From assembly GCA_001179505.1 (NCBI GenBank), contig CDMY01000621.1, positions 1 to 41,190 on the forward strand: 41,190 bases of DNA, read 5' to 3'. The position numbers and the translations under genes were made by a program. The notes below the pieces were generated by a model that worked only from the letters and a program-made list of their open reading frames with translations, searched no databases and was not told where the DNA came from. The stretch comes from Vitrella brassicaformis CCMP3155. Lineage: Eukaryota; Protista; Chromerida. This document shows, one piece after another, positions 10,401 through 21,752 of the stretch; position 1 is the first letter of the stretch; each line of letters starts with the position of its first letter.

Positions 10401-10472
10401 CTCGTCCAGCAGGCTCAGCCCAAGCAATAGGATAACACCGGCCGCCAGTGCATTGAGCATAGCCATTGCCAT
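4341..10472 (-). CDS. Large secreted multidomain protein (~1,850 aa, about 12 exons): signal peptide, two Ig-like beta modules with Pro/Thr linkers, degenerate GH17 beta-1,3-glucanase-like barrel interrupted by two Trp-rich repeats
   Basis: Hydrophobic leader MAMAMLNALAAGVILLLGLSLL (10472). A phase-consistent chain joins the 7970-10138, 7462-8367, 6885-7949 and 4321-6831 ORF segments and ends ...FNLP|DGALVDPPL* (stop 4341-4343). GH17 motifs: WGVN, IYVGISN, IVVGSG (canonical IAVGNE), LPPSSGEF, PMLFNVNVY, YTGLMAALVDTLKAAL, VYVGQTGWPT (canonical VVSETGWPS). The exon 1/2 junction is uncertain. Confidence 0.8.
4885..6462 (-). repeat. Two tandem copies of a ~200-aa Trp/Cys-rich coding domain (copy 1 about 5872-6462, copy 2 about 4885-5571)
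   Basis: Both copies share PATDWWH, GGP.RA.DG, GCIVSDL, SCW.RA.DYLPLEMRVTI.AVA.G..FS..W..Y, GFW, P..W..P.DY..G.W..RWE.F..P.G..PPP.AWQ.C.WQ and CSPY. DNA is near-identical over gatggtgacgcgcatctc(a/g)agaggcaggtagtcg. Confidence 0.93.
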
Positions 10473-10763
10473 TGTGCACCACGAGGGGCTCCAATTGAAC
10501 TGACTGCTCCCGTCCTTCACAGCTGGACCGATGTGGACATCAGCTGCCAACGCCGAGCATACTCTCTTCTTGTCCTGTCTGCCCCCGACATAGTGCGCGA
10601 TTCAGCCTTGACTCACAGAAGATTCCCACCTTTCGTTTCAGCCTCACGCACATACGCGCCGTTTTTTCGTTTTATTTCGTCCCACCCTCGTGGAGGAGTC
10701 AGCTGAGCTCCCAAGGCGGGCGGGCGGGCGTCGCTTCACATCATCCAAGCATTCATTTCTTCA

Positions 10764-11849
10764 ATGGCATCTTTCGTTTATCTGTCCCCGAGTGTCATCT
10801 TGACAGGCCACTACCTGACGCTGGGCATCGCCCCGGGCGCCTCTAAGGACGACATCCGCAAAGCGTATTTGAGGGCCAGCCTGCGGGTCAGTAAACAGCA
10901 GATGCCCCTTCTCATCCACAAGATCCACGAGAGAGATCCACCCTGGTTTGCCTTGCTGCTTCTTGGTGCATACAGACTCATCCGGACAAGCCGGGAGGCA
11001 CGAAGGAGGCCTTTCAGAGGGTGCAGGAGGCCTTCGCCATCCTCTCTGATGACGCGCAACGACAGGCGTATGACCGAGAAGGTAAGGCACACGCGACGAG
11101 AGAGAGAGCTGCACTTGTTACCAATGGCTTGGAAGGCCGTGAATGTGTGTGTGTCACGGTCGATCAGTCGGTGCGGGTGGCAGTGTGCATGAGCCCCGTC
11201 CCTCGTCGGCCTCTGGCCAGAAGCGCCGACGTGAGAGCGACGAGTCCACGAGCCCTGGCTGGTCATGCGACGAGAGTGACGAAGACGGCCCCGACGACAA
11301 CACCATTCGGTTCGGCACCAAGCACTACGGGCGCTCCTTCGACTGGGTGGAGAGGTACGGGTGTGCGGCCGTATGACACACTGCCGCGTATTTCTGGGGA
11401 TGGATGGATGGATGGCTGGGGTGCGCTTGTCCGTCCATCAGGCACGATCCGGGTTTCATCAAGTACGTGTTGGGCAAGGGCCGCGTCCACAACGTGAATG
11501 AGCTCATGTGGCCGTCGCGGGGCCGCAAATACAACAAGGCAAGCCAGTGAAGTAGATAGAGGGACGGACGATGGATGCGATGCATGTGTGTGTGTTCGTG
11601 TGTGTCCCCTCGCGAAGTGTCAAACAATTATGTGAATGTTGGTTGGTTCAGTTCTACGACTACTGCAAGGCCAAGTACGGCAACGGGAGCTCCCTCAACT
11701 GGTCGCGGTGCTGGTACTACGACCCCTGCGACCCTTACGAGGTACCTACAAACCAGAGAGACAGACTGATGGCTTTCGGTTGCCAGACGACCTGTGCGTC
11801 CTTGGTCTTCATTCAGGTATTGAGAACGGGTAGAATGAGAGGCGCCTGA
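10764..11849 (+). CDS. DnaJ/J-domain protein (class C) with uncharacterised C-terminal domain, 6 exons
   Basis: HYLTLGIAPGASKDDIRKAYLRASLR|THPDKPGGTKEAFQRVQEAFAILSDDAQRQAYDRE is a complete J-domain with the HPD motif. Downstream exons are phase-consistent if one GC-AG intron (donor 11539) is used. Confidence 0.85.
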
Positions 11850-14200
11850 CTGAATGGGCCTGCCTGCCTGCCTGCCTTCCTGCCTGACTCATCGATGTAG
11901 GTGACCAAGCCGCCCACTGACTAAGTAACTCACCGGCTCACTCACTCATTGGCTCGCGTGACGTGACGATGACAGGCAGACAGGCAGACAGGGAGGGAGG
12001 GAGGGACGCGACCAAACGCATGTCGCTGTGTGGTGGTGGTGGGGTGGTTTGGGCCACTGTTGGGAGATATTTCTCCAGCTGGCTTTTGCTGTGCTGTGCC
12101 GTGAAGCACAGGTAGTAGGTTGGACACATCTGTGTGTGTGTGAGTATGCTATGCTTTGCCGACGTAGCGACGGGCGAGGTGTGTCTGTCTGTCCGTAGTG
12201 AGTTGGTCGGTGGGGTGGGAGAGGAACAGACAGACGAGTGGCGTGTATGGTGTGATTGATGTGTTCTTCATCGACTGACTGGCGGAGGGACCCACCCACA
12301 TGTAGTGAGCGTGCTGAATCGTTCGCTATTAGGCAGGCAGCGCAGCATCGACTAGTCCACCAAATACATACATTATGCAGGGAACATCCACCTACACTCC
12401 CGCACACACACACACACAGAGGGAGAGTCGTCAAGTCAAAGTCACAAAACTCACTCGCACCCACATCCACACCCACATCCACACGCACACAGGAAGGCAC
12501 AATCGCACAAATAGACCGTCTGTACGCAAGCCAAGGAGAGAAAAGAGGAGAGGGGAAGAAGGCCAGGATATGCAGGTAGGTAATGTAAGGGAGGGCAAAA
12601 GCGGGCAGCAACCACACCACACCACACAGCTGGCCAAGGCAACAAAGGAAAAACGAGTCAGTACCCACCGCCGCGCACCGAGTGCACGCCATGCGACCAA
12701 CAATCCGTGGCTGTGTGTGTGTGAGAGTTAGAAAATGAATAACAGACTAATGTGGCAGGCAGGCAGGCAGGCAGTGGGCAGCAGTACATTCGATGTGATG
12801 TATGGTACAAGACTGACTGATTGGCTGACCGGTTCAAAACCGCGCACACTCTCCGCATGCGACCGACCGACCAACCGACCGACAGACAGACACCCCACCC
12901 CACCCACCCCCCCCCCCCCCCCCCCCCCCCCNNNNNNNNNNNNNNNNNNNNNNNNNNNNNNNNNNNNNNNNNNNNNNNNNNNNNNNNNNNNNNNNNNNNN
13001 NNNNNNNNNNNNNNNNNNNNNNNNNNNNNNNNNNNNNNNNNNNNNNNNNNNNNNNNNNNNNNNNNNNNNNNNNNNNNNNNNNNNNNNNNNNNNNNNNNNN
13101 NNNNNNNNNNNNNNNNNNNNNNNNNNNNNNNNNNNNNNNNNNNNNNNNNNNNNNNNNNNNNNNNNNNNNNNNNNNNNNNNNNNNNNNNNNNNNNNNNNNN
13201 NNNNNNNNNNNNNNNNNNNNNNNNNNNNNNNCCCCCCCCCCCGGAGTGACAGCAAAAAACCCCGACGCCCGATGACACGTGGCGCGCGGGACGACCAATC
13301 GGTGAGTGACATGACGCTACGCCGACCCGACCCCATTCCCATTCCTAACCCCGGTTCCCCTGCCTGTACGTGTCCCTCCCTGTCAGCTCTCTGATCGATC
13401 CATATCACTCATTGATATGCTACTGTACAAAGGAAGCGATACTTACTTTGTGTTGTGTGGTGGGTGCGGTGCATGCGATTCGTGGCTTGGCGTGGTGGGC
13501 GACGAGACGATCGACTGACTGATGACGGGAAAAACCGTGAATGAGTGAGTGGCTTGAGAAAAGTGGTGGGATGGGTTGGGTTGTCGTGTCCATCCATCAT
13601 GTCATCATGTCATGTGTGTGTGGACGGGACGGTGTGGAAGCAAGGGACAAAAGTGAGTTGGGTGGAAACACTCATGGCATGGCATGCATGGAGGAAGGGA
13701 CACGCTTAACCAAGCAGCTGAGCCTTGCCCAAACAGACCGGACCGACCCCGCTCTCTCTCCTCCTCCTCCTCCTCCTCCAAAATCACATCACATGCAGGG
13801 CAGGGCTTCCCGGCGTTCCCATTCAGACAGACAGGAACAGCAGGAGCAGCCACAGCGTATGTATATAGGTATGTCAATGTATATGTATGTGGGTCAGAGT
13901 ATATGGTACAAGGGACGGACCCACACAGGCTGGCTGGCTGATGTGTCCCTCCCTCCCTCCCTCCTCATTCCCTCTCTCTCTCTCTCTCTGGTTCCACTTC
14001 ATCCTCAGTAGGTAGTCTACAGCACGCCTGGCTGCCTGCCTGGCTGCCTGCCCGTCTGCCCGGCAGTTGAAGTGACCGCCAGGCCAACCAACCAACCTGT
14101 ACAAATAAACCCATCCGTCCATCCATCAGGACAAACCAACAATCACAGAAAAAGCCCATCTCACTGCATGCCCCTGCATGCCTTGCCGTAGGCCAGCTAC
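11850..14200. repeat. Microsatellite-rich intergenic region ((GCCT)n, (CA)n, (GACC)n, (CCT)n, (CT)n) containing a gap
   Basis: Dense simple repeats; no phase-consistent recognisable coding model found. Confidence 0.6.
12932..13231. other. Assembly gap (300 N) flanked on both sides by poly-C
   Basis: Run of N directly visible; long C-run ending at 12931 and a C-run from 13232. Confidence 0.99.
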
Positions 14201-14207
14201 CCATCTA

Positions 14208-17200
14208 CTACTTGAAAGCACTCGTATCGCCCCTCTGCTCTCTCTGCCGGTCCTCCTCCCTCTCTCTCTTGTCGGCCGCCGCGGCTGCGCTGTCCCTCTG
14301 GCGTGCAGGCGAAGTGTTGCGCGAAGACACGGAGGGGCGCGATGGCGGCCGCGATGGGGATGGAGAGGGGGATGGGGGAGGGGGGGCTGGGGAGGGCATC
14401 GGGGAGCGAAGGGTGTGCGGCTGAGAGCACTGGAACAGTGTCACTGAGCCGATGTACGAGTTGGCCAACACCTCAAAGATCAGACCTGACAAGAAAGGAA
14501 TGCACAGCACAGCACAGCATAGGTATTCTGATAGGGTGATTCTGCAGACGATTACTTCGCCCCGTTCCGTGGGTACCTGGGTAGGCGTAGTAGTAGGTGG
14601 ATGTGCCCTGGCTTATGCCGTACCGCTGATTGACCACCAGCGGCTTCCCACACTCGCCCAACGCACGCTGGATCGACGGCCAGCTCGTCGACACCGTGAG
14701 CTCAGCCAAAGGGGCTGCTGTCGTAGCACCAGCACCCGCAGCGGAGCTGCCGGGACGCGCTGCCCCACCGCCCTCTCCCTCTCCCGTCGCCCCACCCTCA
14801 CATGACGGTCGTGGGGCCGTCTCTGCTTGATACCTCCTCTCCCCTTGTGTGTCAGCGGTGGGTGGACGGCCCGTCCTCTGCTCTTCTCCCGGGGTGGCCG
14901 ATTCGTCCTCGTGGCGCCTCCCCTTGTCGCTCTTCTCGGACCCTCCCCCGGCGGCCTCCCCCTCCCTGACGTCACACGGCGGCGACAGGGCAGCCCGGTG
15001 CCCACCACCACCAGCGGCAGCATTGCCGCCCTTGCCCTCCTCCCTCTCCCTCTCCCTCTCCTGCCGCCAGCAGCTCAGAGGGCGCGTGTACGGCAAAGGG
15101 CTCTTGGGCGGCTGGAAGGACGTCGGGTGCCGGGGCAGAAAGCCGCCCCCGACAGGCCCGTCGAAGCCGCCCTCCGCATAGCCGTAATGCTGCCGGTCAT
15201 AGGCTGACGGCGGCATCACTGAGGGCGGAGGCGTGGGCGGGGGCAGGAAGCCCGTCGCCACGGTGTCGACGCTGCCAGTGCCCGAGCAGGTGCTGCCGGA
15301 GCTGCTGACGCCACTGGCACCACTGGCCGTCGACCGCACAGTCCGATACGTCTCGCAGCTGTCACTTTTGACCGACTGGAAGGAAGGTGCGCGGGGCCGG
15401 GCCGGTGGGGGGAGAGGGGCTGGTGATGGGGGGCCGACGACACTAGATGGGTTCGATGACGGGCCTGAAGCGGTGGACGGGGGAGGGGCGGAGGAGGAAC
15501 CCGCCTCGGACACGCAAGGGGCCGGGGACAGCTCTCGTGCGTGGGGACCGTCTGGCGGCACGGATGGGTGGGGCCTTTCCGACGGGACGACTGACAGCTG
15601 CACTCTCTTGGCCGCTTGACCACCTTCTGAAGCTGCTTCGGTCTCCCTCCTCTCGTCTGCGGATGGCCGTACTTCACTGACAGGTGGCGCAGGGGGAGGA
15701 GCAGGCACAGCAGCGGACACAGCACCAGTTGGCGCTTGCCCGCTCGTCCTTCCCTCGTCCGTCGCTGGCTTGGCGGGCAGTGGTGGTGGTGGTTGTGGTG
15801 GCGGTCCTGCCACAGGCCCTGGCGGCGACGTGTGTGGTGAGGGCGCCGGCTTGCCGCTGTGGAGAGACCTCAGGAACGAATGGATGTCCTTGGCCTCTGG
15901 CGGCCGACGCGTAGCAGCCCCCACTGTCCCAGCCGCGGATGACGGCCCCTCCGCATTTGCCCCAGGGCTGACGGTGGGACTGTCCTCTATCTTCACCACA
16001 CCAGCAGCCGCAGGTGGGCTCGGTGCCGCCTCCAGCGACACGTGCACCTCACTCGGCTGCACGCCAGCAGCCGCAGCACTAGATGACGCTGACGCGGGCC
16101 CACTCGCCGACGGCTGTTGAGCCTGAGCCGCTCCCGGCGCACCGCCCTTGCGCTGTTTCTTTTTGTGTCGCCTCTGCCTGCGATTCTGAGAGGCCGTCAC
16201 CCGTGGCGCGAGCCCATCAGATGGGGATGACAGAGGTGATGCTGACACGGGCGAGCTTGCCGGGGAGGGGGAGAGGGATATCGCTGCTCGCTCCGGGGCC
16301 GGCACTGGCGATGCGAGTCGGGGCTCGGGGAGCGTGAGGGAGGGCCTCGGGAGGGCCAGCAGGGGTGGGGGCGACCCTGATGCAGTCTGGGGGCCTTCAT
16401 CGCTGTCGTTTCGCGAGATGAAGGCCGGTACTGGAGGGGCCGGCTCCTGTACCAGCTCTGTCGGTGCCGCCGCCGCCGCAGCAGCAATGTCGTCCGCGGC
16501 TGGCTTCTCTGGCATCTCAGCCTTCGTCCCAGCCGTCCTTTCCGTCGGTGGAGAGTCCAGGCCGATCAAGTCTTCATCAGCCCCAACAAAAGCCACGCCA
16601 GATTGGGGCTGATTGTCCTCATCAGGAGCCTCTATAGCGGCTGAATGGGGATCCACCACCACCTCCTTCTCAAAGCCCGACGGCTCACTCGACACTGCTG
16701 GCCGATCGCTGACAGCCGCTGTCGTCATAACCGGAGCCGTGTGTGGTGCGTGGGCGAAGCTGCCAGTGCCCTCGATGCTGATCAGAGGCGACAGACCTTC
16801 AACCACACCCTTGAAACCGACACAAACACCCACGCCCTCACCCTCACCAGCCGCCTTCATATCCCCCCCTCCCCCGCCGTCGATGCGGCCCCCCCTCCGC
16901 CCGCCTGGCGTCTCCTCTGGCGCTGACGGGTCCGCACTCGCCTCATCTAGCCCATTGAGGCCCAGCAGGTCGACGGCCTCTCTCTGATTGTCGACAGCAG
17001 CCGAGGAGTCCTCAGCCTCGGTCCTCTCCGGCTGGTCCATTGCAGAAGGAACAGACGCAGGAACGGGTGGCGGCGGCGCCTGTGGGCGCGTGTGGGGGAA
17101 GGGGTCTAACGCAGGCGGGGCCGAGAAGGAGTGATCCATGGACGGCCGGGGTGGGGGTAGAGTGGAGGGGCTTTGTGTCGGCAGGGGGATGGAGAAGAAG

Positions 17201-18951
17201 CAGCGACGGTACCGCAGGAACAGCTCGTGACCTGGTGTGCCGGGGAGAACAGAAGGAGTGAGATTCCCATTGCCTTATGCCGTCGTTGCGCACTGCAGGT
17301 CACCCACCTGGCGGATTGGTGTGGAGAATGATTTTCACCACAGTGTTGGTTGACCCATCAAACAACAAATCCATCCCTGCATCACGGCGACCAATCGACA
17401 GCATGATGAGTGTCATGGCCTTTCCTGCCTCTCGTGATGCCGGCGGACCTCTGCTGAAGTAGTTGTAGAAGTAGTCGGCACCAGTGGGGATCGAATGCTG
17501 CTGCTGGTGGTGGTGGTGGCGCGCCCCTCTGGAGCGGGACGTATTGGCGGGGCTGTGCAGGCGCATGACCTCCACATCACGCTGACACACCTGCTCGGGC
17601 GGACCCAACTCAGAGAACACATCCTGTGGACTGATACATACACCGAACACACACACAAGTACTTTCTTTCCATGCCACCCCTCTCCTCTCCTCCCCTCTT
17701 CTGTTTTGTCCCACCCCCCTCCACTCACGTCGCTCCAAAGTCAATCGAGCGTCCCCCAATCTCAATGCCCTTTGCCACACGCACCACCACTGGCCTGCCG
17801 TCTACCCCGTCTCCATCCCGATCGCCATCCCCATCGACAGACCACCAATCGCGCGCTTCCAGCGGGTGCACATAGATGCGGGAAGCGATGGGCGAGGCCG
17901 TCAGCGAAATGTCCACCATCTCTGGCGTGGGTGAGGGGAGCGGCTCACCGGCCGTCGCCAGGGGGTTGGCTGACGGGGTGTAGCCCGACGGCTCATAGTC
18001 AAGGTCCATTGGGTGGTCGCCGCGACGCCGGAGGTCGTCAAAACACTCGGGCGGCAGCGGGAACTTGAAACTCACTCCTGCAGGGACCAAGCAACGATGT
18101 GAGTGTATCATTATCAATGGTCGCCTCTCTATGCCACCCATCGTCCTTAAGGTACCTGGATACTTGAGGGCGTAGTTCTTCTTGCCCGTGTCGAAATCCC
18201 CCGGGTAAGTCGGACCGAACAGCCCGTACAGATCTCGGAAGTGCGGCACCACATCGTCTCCCGCAAATACCTTCCCGTCGTAAGCGAACTTCACGCCACA
18301 GCCATAGCCATTGCCCCACTGCTGCTGCTGCTGCTGCTGCTGCCCCCCACCCTTGGCAATCGACGACCGGCCAGACTGCCGCGGAAGAGCCAACGATGTG
18401 GTCGGACCGCTCCACGTTGATGGCGGGAGAGACGGCGGTGCTGGGGGCGATGGTGATGGTGGCCTCGGCTGGCTGGGCAGGGTGTGTGCTGGAGAGATTG
18501 CCGGTGGGAGGTCGAGCAGGCCGACAATGAGATGCAGCCGCTGCGTGAGTGCGTGGAAGCACAGCTGCAGATGGAGGTCGGGGAGCCGCAGCACCAGATC
18601 GGCGGCGAAGAAGTCGGCGCTGTCGGTGGTGTACATGAGCTCCACGTTGTCCATCGGCATGTGCGACGCTTCATTCTGCACATACCACACACGACACAGA
18701 AACGCACACCAAAACCACGTTTGAGTGACACGATGAGGGGATGCAGAAATGGCTGCCTGACAACCCCAGACCTCCCCATCTCCCTCTCTCGCCTTTGGAG
18801 AGCTTCTGCCTCACTCTGTTGCCCGAGCTGTCTGTGTGTGTGCGTGCGTGTGAGTGTGTTGGCTCACCACGGCCTGTGCGATGTCCATGCCGATGAAGAA
18901 GGGCCCGACGGATGCGCCTGGCTTGACATCCAGCACCCCGAAGCTCTCCAT
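14208..18951 (-). CDS. PHAF1: PHAF1/C16orf70 (UPF0183) family protein with ~830-aa low-complexity insertion
   Basis: Spliced product shows LDVKPGASVGPFFIGMDIAQAV, DLVLRLPDLHLQLCFHALTQRLHLI, FGPTYPGDFD, IDFGAT|PQDVFSELGPP, DYFYNYFSR|GMDLLFDGSTNTVVKIILHTNPPG|HELFLRYRRCFFSIP, and after the insert LTVSTSWPSIQRALG..KPLVVN..YP|GLIFEVLANSYIGSVTLF. These match the family motifs (DYFFNYF..G.DILFD..TH.VKK.VLHTN.PGH..F..Y.RC.F.I; ..FEV..N..IASVTL). Start codon uncertain by about 10 codons. Confidence 0.9.
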
Positions 18952-19133
18952 CACCACTTGTGACGATGGAGAATCTGTGATTCTCTGGCCATTCCACAAC
19001 GGTTCTTACTCATCTACTAGCACACCGCAGCGCGCCTGCCTCTTCTTCCTCCTCCCTCCCTCGGCTGCGCGCTTGTGCGAGCTGAAATCAGTCTCCGAGT
19101 CGCCACTCATTAATTGACCGTTGCGTGAGAAAG

Positions 19134-21197
19134 ATGGCGACTGTGCACTATCCAGTGGCTGTTGGCCGTCCCCCACGGCAGAGGGTACGCGACGGGCTGA
19201 GCCCCCTGATGATCCCTGCGTAATGCCCCAATTCTCTCTGGTGTGTGTGGCTGCATATAGGCTTTGGTTGTGGGTGTGGACTACCATTCCATCCCCTCGC
19301 CCGAGATCACCAAGCTTGCCGCCCCATGTCGCGACGCCTGCACGTTCCGCGAGTGAGAAAGCAGAGAGGGCATGGCCTTGTGTGTGGCTCACTGTTTGTT
19401 CACAGGGCCCTGCGTGCGTTCGCCCCGGATGTGGAGGCCCAGGTCCTGACCGAGACGCTCATCGGGCCTGACGGGCAGCTGCTGCCTCAGCCGGCCCCGT
19501 ATGACAACCTCCCCACTAAGGCCAACGTGAGGCACTTTTGTTTGTCGCGCCATGAACTGCCTGCAGCTGATTGAATGATTGGTTGTTGTCGTGCCTGCAG
19601 GTGATCAAGGGTCTGCAGTGGCTGGTGGAGGGCGCTGCTCCAGGGGACTCCTTTTCCTTCTATTTCGCCGGTGTGTGTGTGTGTGTGTCTCCTTCTCGTG
19701 TCTTGATGTGTGTGTTCCCGGCATGGTGTCTCCTTGTTGTCTCTGTCTGTCTGGCTGGCTGGCTGGATGTCTTGCGCGCATCATCACATCAGGTCACGGT
19801 ACCCGCATCAGTCCCGGCGGCCCACAAGCTGCCGCCACGACTGAAGGCGACTGGGAGGCCATCGCACTGCTCGACAACCTCATGCTGCTCTCCGAGATAT
19901 GGATGTACACCCTCTACCTCCCGCCAAAGACGTTCATCGGCGTCTTCATGGACTGCAGCCACGGAGCGTCCGCACTCGACCTCTCCAACGTAGCCGTGAG
20001 CCCCGGTGGCCCGGCGGAGGCCAAGGTGCCGTCGCTGCGTGTGGGCCCGGGGATGAGGCTGCTGACGCCGCGAAGGCCGCCCATGTGGTTCGACTTCGGG
20101 AGGTATCCGCGGAAGGCTCCCGGGCTTCTGGCTGATCGGCCGCAGGTGAGCGCCTTCTGTTTCTCTGCGTGTGGGTCGAAGCAGACCTGCCAGGAGATCA
20201 CCAACCCAACCAACGGTCTGGCGCAAGTAAGCGGCCGAGACGACCGACCATGGGAAAGAAATGGTGTCTGTTCTGCATCTCTCTGTTCTCTCCTTCATTT
20301 AGGGTTTCTTCACGTTTTGTCTGTACAACGCTTTGTACGAGTTGGCTCCCCGCCGGCGCGTGTCCGTGGCGGACATCTACGAGTGCATGCTCACCTACGC
20401 CCGACACTACGCCAGCCTCCTGCAGCACCCAGACGGCGCACCGATGCCAGTGCTTAAGTACGGGTCGATGATGCCCCGCTACTGCCGGTTCTTCATGATG
20501 AAGCCCAAGCCCGGGGCGGAGGGGCTGCAGGCCACGTGGACGCTGTCCGAGGCCACCGTGTCGCCCCTCGGCTCACCGTATCCTCCAAGCCCTGGTGCTT
20601 TCCCGAGCCAGAGGGGCATCCCACCGGCCACCATGCGTGCGACCATCGGGGGACCGAGTGAGACAAAATGATGGGAGGCACGACACGAGACACTTGCATG
20701 TCTCTCTCTTCCTGTCAGCTCTGATGCCGCCACCACCTGCAGGCGGCTACCGCCCCATGGTCATCCCCCCTCCCGGCCACACACAAATGCCCATGCAGAT
20801 GCAGAGGCCGATGCCGATGCCGATGCCGATGCCGCCCGCCGCCCCAGGAGCGTCCCCACATCCCGTCACGCCTCACATCCCCTTCACCTCGATGCCGATC
20901 GACTCCCACCGGCTCACACAGACAGTCCGGGGCGTCGCGTACACGGGAGGGGTGCCTGTGGCCGTCCGCAGGTTGGTGCCGCCTGGCGGCCAGGTTGGTG
21001 CGGGTGCTACTGTGCCGCAGCTGGTGGTGACGCCCGAGGAGGGGGCGCCGGCACCGCAGCAGGAGAAGCAAGAGGGGGTTGAGGGCGAGCAGGGCGGGGC
21101 GGGTCTGGCGCCGGCCGGGGCGGAGGAGCGGCAGCCGATTGGGGACGCCACGCCGGGAGGGACCTTTGTGGCCATGCCACACATCATCCAGGGGTAG
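19134..21197 (+). CDS. Metacaspase-like protein (clan CD, C14B) with catalytic Cys replaced by Ser and a Pro-rich C-terminal tail, 6 exons
   Basis: QR|ALVVGVDY..LAAPCRDA, LPTKAN|VIKGLQWLVEGAAPGDSFSFYFA|GHG, VFMDCSHGASALDL, FSACGSKQTCQE, |GFFTFCLYNAL. These match the metacaspase motifs ALLIGINY, GC.NDV, PT+ANI..A+.WLV.GA.PGD.LFF.YSGHG, DCCHSGSALDL, SGC.D.QTS and GAMT.AF..AL. Confidence 0.88.
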
Positions 21198-21752
21198 ACA
21201 GCAGACAAATACCAACACACAAACAGGCAGACAGACAGGCAAACTTCGTTGTCCGTTGTCTGAGCGAATGGCTGCACGAATGAACGGCTGAGTGGGTGAG
21301 TGTGTGTGTGTCTGTCTGTATGGGTGCTACGGTATTCCCCCCGGTGTGCTCCAAAGAGGGCACACGGGCAGTTGGTTGACTGAGTGAGGGCAGCAACGGG
21401 TCCAAACGTTCCTATTCATCGACGTAAGATTGACACGTTTGCAGCTACGGACGAGTGGATGACTGAATGAATGAAGTCAACTGAAGTCACGTACAGTACA
21501 CTCAGGCATGAAATGCAGTGCAGCATGGCATGTGGGCAGCAGCTGGTCTGCGTGGTCTGTGATACGATACAGGGGTCGGATAAGATAAACACACGCATAC
21601 AGCCCACGGAGGACATGCGTTCATTGCTCACACAGACAGACAGACACGCTGCACATATCTGCCTGTGCCTTCGCGCTCGCACCCCACCCACCCCCCGCCC
21701 ACCAACCAACTCGCTCCAAAGGCAAAATACCCACCCAAAATGACTTAAAGCC

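Noticed and set aside
10598-10607. CGATTCAGCC shared between the GH17-like/DnaJ spacer and the repeated element
   Set aside because: A single 10-mer match between a few hundred bases of promoters is expected by chance, and it is not seen in the other spacers.
14473-17139. 888-aa ORF as an independent gene
   Set aside because: It is flanked in phase by the N- and C-terminal PHAF1 motifs, so it is an internal exon.
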